Assembly (NCBI RefSeq): GCF_035083965.1
Contig: NC_089722.1
Location: forward strand, 25,419,081-25,483,080
Source: Branchiostoma lanceolatum
Lineage: Eukaryota
DNA: 64,000 nt
Direction of reading: 5' to 3'
The position numbers and the translations under genes were made by a program. A model generated the notes under the pieces. It worked only from the letters and a program-made list of their open reading frames with translations, was not told the DNA's origin and did not search any database. Shown here in pieces: positions 26,871-38,876 of the stretch. The first letter of the stretch is position 1. Each line of letters starts with the position of its first letter.

Positions 26871-26973
26871 GTTTACAGTCCGGACGGCCACACGGTGGTG
26901 GGAAAAGTCAGCAGACAACACGCCGGCTTTATCAAGGAGGCCTTCAGCGATGCCACCAACATGAGCGTCACGT
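26871..26973 (+). CDS. PLSCR-like exon 7
   Basis: VYSPDGHTVVGKVSRQHAGFIKEAFSDATNMSVT (PLSCR1: [32 protein letters not shown]). Donor ACGT|GTGCGT. The frame forces an AAG acceptor (ccatgaAG|GTT); the alternative tttacag 7 nt later breaks the frame. Confidence 0.65.
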
Positions 26974-27123
26974 GTGCGTACATACCGTATACAACAACAC
27001 TAGAGGGGATGTCTGTCTTTATGGTCTCAAGCTAGCAACCTTTCCAACAGTCAGTGTACATGTATATGTTTATTTGCGTTGACTCAAAGCTATCACTGCA
27101 GGAACGACTGCGGGAAAGATAAC

Positions 27124-27262
27124 TAAACGGTGCACGGATAGCGTTCAGCACCAAGGACAGGTATTTGGTAAGGGTTGATAAAGTAAAGCGTAAGGGACAA
27201 TTTTTTTAATCTTATATCTGGCTGCTGTTTGATTTGATACCAGGGAAAGATGTACAAGCATG
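27124..27262. repeat. ~135-bp dispersed repeat, copy B (PLSCR intron 7)
   Basis: aaacggtgcacggatagcgttcagcaccaaggacaggtatttggtaagggttgataaagtaaagcgtaaggg... Same orientation as copy A. Confidence 0.8.
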
Positions 27263-27341
27263 CACATGGTGAATGATGTTTGGCGTGTCTTTTTTTAACA
27301 AAAATGGTCAGTTTTAATCACTTATTTTCCTGTCCCTACAG

Positions 27342-27400
27342 TTCCGATGGACTTGGACGTGAAAATGAAAGCGACCATGCTGGGTTTGGCATTCCTGATC
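27342..27400 (+). CDS. PLSCR-like exon 8 (start of C-terminal TM helix)
   Basis: Acceptor tccctacag|T. FPMDLDVKMKATMLGLAFLI (PLSCR1: FPLDLDVKMKAVMIGACFLI). Donor ATC|GTAAGT. Confidence 0.8.
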
Positions 27401-27666
27401 GTAAGTTGCCGACGCTTTAGTTCATATACTGGAAGGATCATTCTTGATGTGCGTTTTGTATTGTTGTATTCTTTACCATGAAAAGCGAGGCCAGTATACG
27501 ATTCCCGCGTAGCTCAGCGCGTAAGCGCTAGGATAGATACATCGAAAGTGAAAAGCTTACTTTTTAGTCTAGCTTGATTGCTGCAAAGCACAGAAATAGG
27601 GGGGGGGATTGATACATTCTACTGCACAGCTCAGTGTGTGTTGCTTTTCTTTGTTGTTTTCTGCAG

Positions 27667-27708
27667 GATTTCATGTATTTCGAGGACCAACACCAAGACT
27701 CCGACTAG
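27667..27708 (+). CDS. PLSCR-like terminal coding exon; stop TAG 27706-27708
   Basis: Acceptor ttgttgttttctgcag|G. DFMYFEDQHQDSD* (PLSCR1: DFMFFESTGS...). Whole CDS 792 nt = 264 codons. Confidence 0.75.
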   Translation, partial: DFMYFEDQHQDSD

Positions 27709-29262
27709 GTGCCTACGTCACGTCAGACGACTCAAACCGAGGCAGCTGAGAGATGACGTCATTCAACGCGTCATATCTCTCTACAAAATACGAAGACATT
27801 TTCTCACAACGTTGAGAATTCTACAGTAATTTTGATTTTAAGTCAACTTTCTTTAAATACCAAAAGTAACTTTCATATCTGGAGTAAATTTGGTCACCTT
27901 TGATTAAGATGAAACTACAAAGTTGTAAGATTTTCTAATAGTATGATTCTTATCTTCTCAACATGTTGTATCTTACACTTAGAACTTCACCATGTTGACA
28001 GTGTTTTGTTCGTAATTGCCAATGCACATACACAAATAGCATCGATCATATATACGCTTTTTTACAATGCTATAGTTGTTTTTTTATATCCAATACTGAG
28101 TTTTAAGAATTAAGCACGATATCTTGTCTAACAGTGATTTTAGTTTCATATGTGCAACAGTAGCGATAGAAGTCTGCTCACTACGTCTTTATGTAGTTCA
28201 AAGTAAGGCAGCTAGGGAGCAGTGTTTCTGAACATCACAATCCGAGACCAAGGTTTTTCAGACGCCGTTTCTGGAAGAGTAACATGTTCAGAGAAGTGTT
28301 TCAGTGTAAAGATTACACAATCATTGATAAATGAATTTGGAACTTGTAGTATTTTTGTCAAACTAAATCATGGCGTTTATAGTACTCTAAGCCAAAGGAA
28401 CTGTTAACAGTCTCAACCTAGTGTTATTATTAAATTTTCTACGGACTTTCATCCAAATTCTTGTTCTTATATTTACCACATATGAACATCATTGCAAAGA
28501 ATATTAAGAGGGGTAATAATGACAATTATAGTACCATCATGTTATATACCGATTTCCATATCTTCAAATGTATTCACGAACACTTATCATTGTTTATCAT
28601 AGTAGATGTACTACAAATGTACTGTGCATTGATGACTTGATACATTTTAAGCGAGTTTCAAAATATTTTACTTGCATTTTGATACTTTCATTGTCTTTTT
28701 TATATCTAGTTTGTACTTTATATCTAATTTGTACTTTGATAATTAAACAAAACATTAAGAGTTGAGTGGATTATTAACTGCGTCTTGTTGTATCACTGCC
28801 GACGTTCCGACCATGCATGTATCAATACAGAACAAATGTGCGATCTGACGATCGAGCACTACGATTACATTTTAAAAATGTTCCCTTGCTCAATGGTAAC
28901 AAGAGGTTTTAGAATCGCATTCTGAATTCATACTCTATATACTGTATCACAGTCCTCCAGTTCTTAGAGCTGTCTACGTCTTGTGGTACCAAAAACAAAA
29001 ACAAAACACGTATCATCACAACATAAACTGTTCACGTCGTGAATTTGCGATTAGTCTGTTATGACAGACAGTACTAGTCTTAAACCGCTTTAGAAACTAA
29101 GAAGGTTATTGTTGAATTATATCATTATGTCATTCATCATATAAGCGGACGACTAGTTGAGTTAAAGGTCAAAGCGGTCAAGGGAAAGTGTAAGTGTAAG
29201 ATGTTCATATATATATCCTTACTTTGCATATTACGCTAAAAATGTGATGTATACATGAATGT

Positions 29263-29970
29263 AGGTGGCGCTTCGACAGGCGTCACGGTGTTACATGGAC
29301 TCCACGCGGGGCAACTAAAACCGATCCTCTTCATGTCATTTAGTATTTCAAAGTTCATTCTAGATGTGCGCAAAGGTGTCTTGTCCTATTTGAAAAAGTT
29401 TTCACTCGCTTTAAACCCAAACTCATGCATATTTTCACATTCATAAGTCGGGGCTACATACCCTATGAGAGCCTTATCTGCAGTACCGCTCCCGGCCGCC
29501 TCCTGAAAAATGGTTAAGACGACCGTCAAATTGCCAAATTTCTGTCTTTTCGGGAATGGCAAAACCGCGAAAGGCTCACAAAGGGGTTTGAATTTCTTGT
29601 GCTTAGTTGACTTTGTTTTCGACAATGTGACCATTTATGATTAAAAATGACAATATTAAAGATATTTCAGAAATAAAACGATGAGATACTAAGCCATACA
29701 TGACATGCTTCCTTTACAGTTTACCAATAGAAGTGGTCCTGTGTACATGCCCTGTAAATTATCACGTTCTGACGAGTTACCACATCTAATTATAAATTCT
29801 ATTAATATTTCGTGAAACAAGAAGACGCTGAACAAATTCAAGGGTGTTTCTGTCCGTTTGTTTATCAATTATAGATCAATTTTTTCTTCCAAAATGCTGT
29901 AAGGCGTGTGGATTACTTGCGGATGCAATATAATCTTGATCGCCCGGGAGAGCCGTTCGATGGGCTCAGG
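29263..29970. repeat. ~700-bp local segmental duplication, copy 1
   Basis: aggtggcgcttcgacagg...ccctatgagagccttatctgcagtaccgctcccggcc...gccaaatttctgtcttttcgggaatggcaaaaccgcgaaaggctcacaaagg...gtgaaacaagaagacgctga... is collinear with 31021-31715. Confidence 0.8.
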
Positions 29971-31020
29971 GATGAAAGAACAGGTTTTTGTGTAGAAGTT
30001 AATTTGTTGCAACGTACATTAATACGACATACCTCCTGATTAATCATAAGGGGCAATGATGATCAAACATTCTCATCACCTTCGTGAACTTTCGTGCGCC
30101 CGTTCGCATCAGTTTTAGGGGGTGTTCAGAGAATATCATCCATGAAATCAATTCAGCGTTCTGCGGTACTGGTGCAATAGTGGTGAGGTGGAATAAATGC
30201 TTCAAGAGAACTTTGGCCGTAGTAAGGAGATAACGCCAAAAGTTTAATATGAGATATATATGAGAGCACATACTTTATCAATATTCAAACGTTGTATATA
30301 TTTCATTATATTGGAAGCGAAACATATACATGTCCTACAAACAATTTTTTTGAGCTGTCGTCTTGTAAATCATGATATGATATTCAATGTCATGTTAAAC
30401 ATGTAACGTATACACAATACAACGTGCTCATTAGATCATGAATCAGCTAGACGTTTGCGATGTACTCAATTCAGAGCTCATCCACGGCCACCCAACTGAC
30501 GTCCCGGCGGATCGCGATATGACTATACAGAGCAACGTGCGATCTTTCTGAATGGTATCAAGAAATAGTACTAGTGTAACAGTATTCCAAATTCCTAATC
30601 TATATACGGCAAAACAGGAGACTATACGTGCGAGGCATCGCCGCCAGTACCTCGGAGACACAGCTGTTCATTTCATACCACTGTATACACGTAGTCTCTA
30701 TCAGACCAGCTACATGTATAGGGAGAATATTTGCCAGGGAAGTTTGGCCACCAGAGGGATTCATTTGCAAGCGAGCGAAATATTGACTCTCACAATTTTT
30801 CCCAGCCTTTTTTGCCGACTTCTACGATCTATACGCCCGTAAGAAGGCCTGGTGGAGGCTAGTATATATAAACCTGAATGGTCCGGTAAAGCAAGCCGTT
30901 ATGTATAAAGAGGATGAACAGTTGGGTAAAAAGCTAAACTTGCCAAGGAAAAGCGGCAGATGTTCATATGTATCTTTAACATACTCTTTCTGTACAATAA
31001 GTGATATGAACATGCAATAC

Positions 31021-31715
31021 AGGCGGCGCTTCGACGGGTGGCCAATATGCTACGTGGGCTCCTCGCGCGATGCATCAAAATCGATCAAATCATGTTTTTA
31101 AAAGTCTTCAAAGTCGTTCTAAATGTACGCGGAGACATATCAACCTGCTGAGAGACTTTTCACTTATTCTAAACTAAAATCTTGTACATTTTCAGATTTT
31201 TACAAGTTGAGACTAGATACCCTATGAGAGCCTAATCTGCAGTACCGCTCATGGCCGTCACAAGAAAAGTGAAATTGCCAAATTTCGCTGTTTTCGGGAA
31301 TGGGGAAATCGCGAAAGGCTCGCAAGGGGGGTTGACTTTCTAATGCTTCTTTGGCTTTGTTTTCGAAGATTTTGCCCTTTAAAATCGAAAATTATGATAT
31401 TCAAGCTATTTCAAAAACAAAACAATGTGGTGTTAGCATAGATTATATGTCCACTTTGCATTTTATTGAAATACATGTATAGATAGAAGTGGCCGGGTGC
31501 ACATTACCTTCCACATTGTCACCTTCTGAAGAGCTAACACCTTTGAATTTCAATCCTATTTTGTGAAACAAGAAGACGTTGATCTAATGCAATTGTGTTT
31601 GTCTGTTTGTCTATCAATAGATCAAGTTGTCCTTTGAAAAGGTTGTAAGTTGTGCGTATTTACTTAATGGTGCAATATAATCTTGGACGCCGGGGGAAGC
31701 CGCTTGATTGACTGA
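31021..31715. repeat. ~700-bp local segmental duplication, copy 2 (~75-80% identity, same orientation, 1.75 kb downstream)
   Basis: aggcggcgcttcgacggg...ccctatgagagcctaatctgcagtaccgctcatggcc...gccaaatttcgctgttttcgggaatggggaaatcgcgaaaggctcgcaagg...gtgaaacaagaagacgttga... Confidence 0.8.
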
Positions 31716-32725
31716 ATATCTATCGAGGTCAAAATCAGTGTATCATTTGGTGATTCCATTCGTGGATTATGATATAACATTATATGTCAAAACTTTCTTC
31801 TACATAACGACTAGACTTAACAAAAATAAAGCATTGGATGATTACTTTTCAGTATCTAACACAATATTCAATAGATAGACACGTCAGACGTTTGGTCGTA
31901 TCTATAGCTTTGTATTACAAGCGACGTTGCGTCCTAGAAATGCACAGCAGAGCAGTTTGTTGTAATTCATCAATAGCAATAGAAACTACCATTTTATATT
32001 GTACGTTACATGTACAGTAGACGTAGAATCTACCATCAGTAGTATTCCCCTTTCTGTGTCTTAATGTTGAGATCCAACATATTGCTTCTTCAGTCGTTTA
32101 CGATTGTTTTCTATAAGAAAGACACGAGAGGAGGTTGTAGTGCGCATGCCCGTCGTGTGGCGGTTCCAAACGCCTCGACTTCCGAGAAAGTCGTCCCGAC
32201 TGGGACACGTTTTCAGGCACATACTACCTACAAACCTTCCTTCTACCAGTCTTATTAACTCTTTACATGAACCTGTATGTTTTCGATATCCTTCGTGGAG
32301 TTTTTGATCTTCTAGATGACTATATGTTGTTCGGCATCAACGTATATGTTGCTGTTTTCTTGGGGTTACGTCCAAAAGAAATCGATAATGTGGAAGCGAT
32401 CATGATCACTTTTTTCAGTAGATAGTGAATCATAAAACTTATATATGGTCCCAATATTTCAGTCCATTTTGTCTTTAATTCTCTTGTTTTTGCTTGAAAT
32501 GATAGACCAAGCTTTGAACACCAATAAATATTTTTGCACGGTAAGGTGTGGCCTGTGATGATATCCTATGCGTCAACCCCCTTCATAGAGCCTTTACAGT
32601 CTTCATAGCAAATACACAAAACGAAAGAGTCCACTATAAAACACTATATACACTACGAAGGACGACAACGCTGTAACGACAAACAATACATGCAATGCTT
32701 CTTACTATATATAGTATGCGTCACC

Positions 32726-32900
32726 TACTCTCCAAGCAGAGGAGGGGTTCCTGGTTTTTGACGTGTTTTTAGGCGTCTTTGTCGGGCTTTCTACTTTGTC
32801 TTTTTTTGTCTCTTCAAACAAAAGACAAAGTAGAAAGCCCAACAAAAACACCTAAAACACGTCAAAAACCAGGCGGAACCCCGGCTCTGATTGGAGAGTC
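32726..32900. mobile_element. 175-bp Mutator-like MITE: TIR tACTCTCCAAGCAGAGG / GCTCTGATTGGAGAGTc; internal palindrome; perfect 9-bp TSD TGCGTCACC
   Basis: Flanks tatagtaTGCGTCACC|tACTCTCC ... GGAGAGTc|TGCGTCACCaactc. The centre is a 60-bp palindrome (ggttcctggtttttgacgtgttttt...aaaaacacgtcaaaaaccaggcggaacc). Confidence 0.75.
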
Positions 32901-33807
32901 TGCGTCACCAACTCTAAGGGATTGACCATTCAACGGTGACATCTAGCGGATGTTGTAATTAATGCAAATCTTGTACAAAGTAAGCCGAATGACACGCGGT
33001 ATGATATATTCTCAGCAAACGATTCATATATTGGGAGGCTTACCGTGATGCTACAAATCTTTAAAGAATTATTTTATTTTGCAAGCTTTTTCATCTGAAA
33101 TTAAAACAGCTACATATAGTATAAGCTGACTGTCATGATTCATATCATATATTTAGGAGGTCCTCATTTGTACTAGGTGCATGGATACACCGTACCATGC
33201 TGTGTTGTTCGGCTCTTTGTGCCATATCCGCTGTTGGCCCAAGCGAGGCGAACTCGTCCCGAACACAAACATACTTTTCCTGCAACTTCCACGGCCGGCC
33301 TACGTACGCGTGCTTGAAGAAACTTCGTTATAACCTTCTGTAGCAGGTGAGCACTTCGTATATTACCTTGTACTGTACTAGAATTGGCTGTGTTTTTGGT
33401 GGCCTTGGTGACAGGGGCACCTGTTGTGAAGTGATGCAGAAAATAGGGGCACAATCTGCCACAAGTACCTCCTCCTGGACCCTTTATGAGTCTCGTTGAG
33501 AGAGGAGGTTGTAAGAATCATCACATAGTCTAAACATCTTTCAGAACGCTAAAAAACGTCCTACTTCGAAGAGACTATGGCATGTGACGAGTACTAAGGT
33601 CTAACGTTACTGTGGTTACAGAGTTGTACAGGTTTATTGTTGCATATTGGCGACTGTAAACACAGACGGCGCCTTGTGTAAATAAACAGTGTGAGTAATG
33701 ACGTGAGTTCAGGTGGCGAACACGCCATGATTACGTTTTAACTGCTCGAATATTGTCCTGTGAAACAAGATTGATGGCGGCGTATTGCAGAACTGGTTCT
33801 GTAGCGG

Positions 33808-33840
33808 CTGTTACATTTCACTTCCGGGTTTTCACTTCCG
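33808..33840 (+). promoter_or_regulatory. tandem ETS/GABP-type sites (ACTTCCGGGTT x2) ~250 bp upstream of the Kelch-gene 5'UTR acceptor
   Basis: cACTTCCGGGTTttcACTTCCGGGTTcaccgg. Tandem CCGGAAGT cores are typical of TATA-less promoters. Confidence 0.3.
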
Positions 33841-34083
33841 GGTTCACCGGATTTGCCTGGAGGAAAAAATATCAGCTATCCTTTGAAGAAAAGTACCTCA
33901 CAAGTCTGAATCAGTGGTTTCATTTTTCAAAGTTAAGATGTTGATGTTTAGTTGAAATTTTGGATCTCTAATTTAGTCTAAACATATTTAGATTTAGATA
34001 AGGCAATTGAAATTGATGTACCACCTTTATTCTTTGTTTACATTCTCCATCTTTTGTTTCCCTTACCAGATTGTAACATCACC

Positions 34084-35907
34084 ATGGCAGGAGTACAGGT
34101 GGTCCCTGAGTCATGTCCACAAACAACCCAACTGTCCTCACCTCAGTCAGATACATCTGTGGACGACAACCCCACCGGCAACGAGAAGTTCACCAACACA
34201 TCTCACGCCACCAACATACTAGAAGGTCTACAGCGCCTTCGTATGGACAGCTGTCTTGTAGATGTGATTCTCTGTGCGGGTGACCGCGAGTTCCCATGCC
34301 ACCGTGCCATTCTATCGTGTTGCAGCGGGTACTTCCAGGCCATGTTTACCAACGGACTCAAGGAAACAAAACAAACGAAGGTGGTGATCAAAAACATGAA
34401 TCCCACGATCCTAGAATCTATCCTGAGTTACATCTACTCGTCAGAACTGGTCATTAACAAGAACAATGTACAGCAGCTGCTGGAGGCTGCGAACCTGATG
34501 CAGCTGACACCCATAGTGCAGGCATGTGCCAAGTACCTGGGGAAGATGTTAGAAACGGGAAACTGTCTCGGGATCCATCGTTTTGCCTCGGCGCTGTGTT
34601 GCACGGAGCTTGCAGAGAAAGCACAGGACTTCGTGCTGGAACACTTCCCGGACGTCTGTCAGTCTGAGGAGTTTACCCAGCTAGCACCAGGAGAGCTGGC
34701 AGGTTACATGTCTGACAACAGGCTGAATGTGAGTAAGGAGGAGATGGTGTATGAGGCACTGTTACGATGGGTGCAATGTGATAAAAAGTCACGTGGGACA
34801 CAGCTGAAAGACCTGCTTCCACACATCAGATTCCCACTGATGGACCCGGTGTCCGTTGTTCGAAACGTGCGCCGGAACCAGCTGGTGAATAAAACAGAAG
34901 GGTTCGAGAGTCTGATGGAGGAGGCATCTATCTACCACCTGTCCCCCGAGGAGGTCTCTTCCACTCGGACGGTTCCCCGGGAAAGATCGGGGGTCACGCA
35001 GATCCTGGTGGTTGGAGGAGGGGTGACGCACGTGGAGAATGAAGAGGACGTCTCGACCAACCACATCAACTGTTTTGACCCCACAGAGCAGATGTGGGAT
35101 AATGACCTGTTAGACCTCGCCATCGATTTCCGTAACTCCGTAGAGTACGCAGCTGTCACGTTACACAACAACATCATCGTGTCAGGGGGCAGCTGGAAAG
35201 GGTCAGCAGTCTGGGAGCTTGACACAAAACTCAGCACGTGGCGTAAGCTTGCATCTTTGGCTCAGCGAAGAAGCAGACACAAAATGGCAGTCCTTAACGG
35301 CAAAGTGTATGCCGTGGGTGGGTATGACAGCTCGAAGGACGACGGTTGCAAGTATCTAGATAGTGTAGAGGTGTATGAACCCAATAGAAATGAGTGGACA
35401 GAAGGGAAACCTTTGCTCAATCCAGTATCTTCCTTTGCTGTTGCAAGTTCCGATGGAAAACTCTACGTCATAGGCGGGAAGGGGCAAACTGGCGTGTGTA
35501 GTCCTCAGGTCCAGTGCTATGTCTCAAATAAGGACTGCTGGGAAACTCGGGCACCTATGCCCAGAAAGGGGGAATGCATCAACGCTACTCTACTGAACTC
35601 TCTCATCTATGTTGTTGGCGGCAAGCTGCCAGCCATCTTGTGCTACGATCCAAAGGCCGACACGTGGATCTCGTTAGCGGAGAGGCTCACCCTGTGGGAG
35701 TTCTGCGGTATTGCAGCGTGTAACGGGCGGTTGTACATCACTGGTGGGTCTGACCGGGAGCAGCGGTCCACAGAGGAGGCTGACCAGAGCCTGGACTCCG
35801 TGCAGTGTTACGACCCGGCCACAAACACGCTCACATTCTCCCTCCCACTCCCTGAAGCTGTGAACTGCCACTTCTCAGTAACAATACTGAAATACAAGAA
35901 AACATAA
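34084..35907 (+). CDS. BTB/POZ-BACK-Kelch (KLHL/KBTBD-family) protein, 607 aa, single coding exon; a 5'UTR intron acceptor lies at 34069
   Basis: ORF 34054..35907; first ATG is caccATGg at 34084. BTB core LVDVILCAGDREFPCHRAILSCCSGYFQAMF...VVIKNMNPTILESILSYIYSSELVINKNNVQQLLEAANLMQL. BACK region. Six kelch blades (VVGGG, IIVSGG, VYAVGGYD, LYVIGG, IYVVGG, LYITGG). The upstream string tttcccttaccag| marks a 5'UTR splice acceptor. Confidence 0.85.
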   Translation: MAGVQVVPESCPQTTQLSSPQSDTSVDDNPTGNEKFTNTSHATNILEGLQRLRMDSCLVDVILCAGDREFPCHRAILSCCSGYFQAMFTNGLKETKQTKVVIKNMNPTILESILSYIYSSELVINKNNVQQLLEAANLMQLTPIVQACAKYLGKMLETGNCLGIHRFASALCCTELAEKAQDFVLEHFPDVCQSEEFTQLAPGELAGYMSDNRLNVSKEEMVYEALLRWVQCDKKSRGTQLKDLLPHIRFPLMDPVSVVRNVRRNQLVNKTEGFESLMEEASIYHLSPEEVSSTRTVPRERSGVTQILVVGGGVTHVENEEDVSTNHINCFDPTEQMWDNDLLDLAIDFRNSVEYAAVTLHNNIIVSGGSWKGSAVWELDTKLSTWRKLASLAQRRSRHKMAVLNGKVYAVGGYDSSKDDGCKYLDSVEVYEPNRNEWTEGKPLLNPVSSFAVASSDGKLYVIGGKGQTGVCSPQVQCYVSNKDCWETRAPMPRKGECINATLLNSLIYVVGGKLPAILCYDPKADTWISLAERLTLWEFCGIAACNGRLYITGGSDREQRSTEEADQSLDSVQCYDPATNTLTFSLPLPEAVNCHFSVTILKYKKT

Positions 35908-35981
35908 AGCTGCTTCCTACACACAGAAAAAAATAGTTGCCATATGCTGCAATAGATCTATTAGAACAAATCAGGAATTCT

Positions 35982-35987
35982 AATAAA
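35982..35987 (+). other. AATAAA polyadenylation signal 75 nt after the Kelch-gene stop
   Basis: ttctAATAAAgatgg. Confidence 0.4.
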
Positions 35988-38260
35988 GATGGACTCATAG
36001 TTCCCACACCGTCCGTTAATTTTTGAATCTCTTAATATAATGTAGTTGAGACAGGAGTGAGGACACCCTGGCATGATGAGATTTTTTATTAATGAATTAA
36101 TTTGAGTCTTCTCATTCTATGTGATAATTGCTGAAGACCTTGTCTATTGGAGCTGCTAGTAAGGATGAAGCTACAATGAATTTTCTCCCTGCTGCCTAAC
36201 TCTGTAACCAATAGAGAATGGGGTGCCAAATGGTTACTTCAGTGTGCGAAAGGTTACTTGTATATTATGTCCCCCAAATAATGTAGTAACTGTTAAATGT
36301 AAATTCTGGTAATAATGACAATTAGGGTCTGTCTGTCTATATTCCAAAGCAGAACTAATATGTGTAGAATGTTATGGATCAATAATGACTTGCCACAAGG
36401 ACATGTAATACATTACATTTGCTGAATATTCAACAGGTCTAGTTGTTTGTGAGTTGTGACAATGGTTTTAATGTCAACTATGCAGTATAATGGGAAACAG
36501 ACTTTATTACATTTTAATTTCTCAACATTTTGCATGTATTTTTCTTGACTTGAACTTCTTGACTTGCATTTATTTGTTGTCTTTTGCTTTTCTTTTGCTG
36601 TTGCTATGTTGGCATCTTAGGGGAATGTAGTAATATTTCAAGACATTGCAATGTGAGGTGTCTACAATATCAGGTGTATGGTCTTCATTCACAACTGCTT
36701 TTTTCGTTTCTCACAGGAAAGAAAATATTATGTATTCTCATGTTCCTCATTATACAACATTGTACTGAATTCAGCAAAATAAAGCAATGCCCAATGCAGT
36801 GTTGTTGAGGGAGCACAATGTTTGTACTAAATATGGTTACAGTGTGAGGTGGTGTTTTATGTTTTGGCTTCATTGCAATAAAATATTCTGGCACACATCA
36901 ATTTTGTACTAATTCATTTGCTCATTGTTTCCTGTGTCATGATTGGCATAAAAGCAGAACTAGTCAGTTTTTGTGGCCAATAGAATTAGCGTTACAGCAG
37001 TGTCAAAAGTACTTTGACAAACACAATGTGACATGTAGAACAACCTAGGATCTTAATTCTACTATATAGAACTAAATAAATGTAGACACACACAAATGAT
37101 ACATGTATGGCTTTCCTTTTGCTTTGCATGCCATATTTGCATGACATTACAGAGTTTTTACAGTCTGAAACTTCGACATAAACTTACTGCAGAAACAACA
37201 AAGGAAAAACTGGTATTGAGAAACATCAGGCAAACACTCAGGAGAAATATAAGCTGCCAGTAGAAGGATGTAAAAGGTACTGATTGAGCACTAAATACCC
37301 AGAGTTCACAGCAAAGAAATAGTTATCAGTTTGTATAGTATTAGGTATAAACAATGACATGAAAATCAGTATTTTGCAGGGTAATTCAAAACTTGCACAT
37401 TTTCTATGTGTCTGAAATTCCAAATAACGTATTATCAAATACACATCTACCAGTTAATGTTTCTGAACATCTGCCAGCTCCTTTAAAGTGCTGTATATCC
37501 TGTCAAAAAGCTACCAATGCTGGGGACACATAAATCTACACAGTAAGTAATCCATTTAACATTTTGTGCCCTACAAACCCAGTTAAATTGGGTACAACTT
37601 TTGCTACAAAAGAACAGTAGAATTTACCCAGCTGCTAGAATTGCCTACGTTTTGAAGGGAGTCTGAATGTGTACCAAAAATGCAAAAATACTGCTTCGAT
37701 TCTAGCACTTTCACAATACTGGCTCCAGTATATTCTAAAAAATTAAATGTACTAGTTGTATATTGCTTTGATATTCCTACAGAAAGAAAACAGTTTTATC
37801 CACCAAGCAATAGCCATAGGGAACTATGGATAAGCAATGTTAACATGCACCTCTTTCATACAAGTACAACTGATTTGCTGTTTCAAAACATGAGGTAAAA
37901 TTAAAAAAATCTGTGATATATATTGATTCCAACTTTAGACACACATTAACTCTGTCAGCTTCGTATGTACTGATTGCATTAGACCAAAAGATCTTTTCAA
38001 GGATTACATGATGATATAATTTGTTCTTTTTGATAACCAAATAGCTTCAATGCTTGATACTGTTGTATGCAAAGAACACAAGTCAAGAAAGGATGTCTTT
38101 CACCACTTCTCCTTAACTCTGTTACTGATACACTGTAACTTCAACTATGTCTGACTATGTTTCACATTCTTCAACACGTAACACAGGAAGTAGAAAACGC
38201 TGCTGTAGTCATTCTGCCTACAGTACTGCTGTTTTACACAGGTAACAACTGTTTGTTTTG

Positions 38261-38413
38261 TTATAGCGTGGGACCAGGTTGCCGTGCTGACGAAAAGCCG
38301 AGCCCAACGCCCTTCTGGGTGTGTGTCGTGCCACGTGCAAACTCGTACTGCGCTTCCAAGGAACGGAAAAGTTTCTCCTGCTCCTGTTGAATGTCCGGCC
38401 CCTCCACTGGTGC
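38261..38413 (-). CDS. RSRC2: RSRC2-like (arginine/serine-rich coiled-coil protein 2) terminal coding exon; stop TAA 38261-38263
   Basis: Minus-strand acceptor tctttag|GCA. APVEGPDIQQEQEKLFRSLEAQYEFARGTTHTQKGVGLGFSSARQPGPTL* (human RSRC2 C-terminus: ...QQEEVFRNLDAQYEMARSQTHTQRGMGLGFTSS...). Confidence 0.7.
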   Translation of the reverse strand, partial: APVEGPDIQQEQEKLFRSLEAQYEFARGTTHTQKGVGLGFSSARQPGPTL

Positions 38414-38876
38414 CTAAAGACAGATAAACAATATCAAACTCAAAGTCAGCTGACAACTACAGTCAACAATATTCATGTTGGCCACTCACCGTGTGATATG
38501 GTTAGAATAAGAAATAAAAAATGCTTCCACCCCTGGGGTGTTGCTAAAATAACCAAGATCGAGCAAATAACAAATGATTGGGAAAAATACAGAAAAAAAG
38601 CCCAGGTGGCCCCAAAACAGAGGTGGCAAATTTGACTGTACATGTACTATAGCAGAGGTCTAGAATTCCAAGATTGGATTATAGATATGTAACAGCTAAG
38701 TATTCCATGCAAATTGAGAGCTTGACCATGCTTTGGATAAATACAAGTCTTAGACTTTATCAATATCTGAGACTTTTCGGCTGCCTTTTATTGCAAGCTC
38801 TATGTATCACATTTAAGAATACTCTACAACTTGGTACAGTACTTACACATAGCTGAAGAAATTAAGCTGGACTTAC

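Noticed and set aside
27481-27560. tRNA-like motif cgcgtagctcagcgcgtaagcgc
   Set aside because: I could not fold it into a complete cloverleaf: there is no T-arm GTTC and no acceptor-stem complement. I do not call a tRNA.
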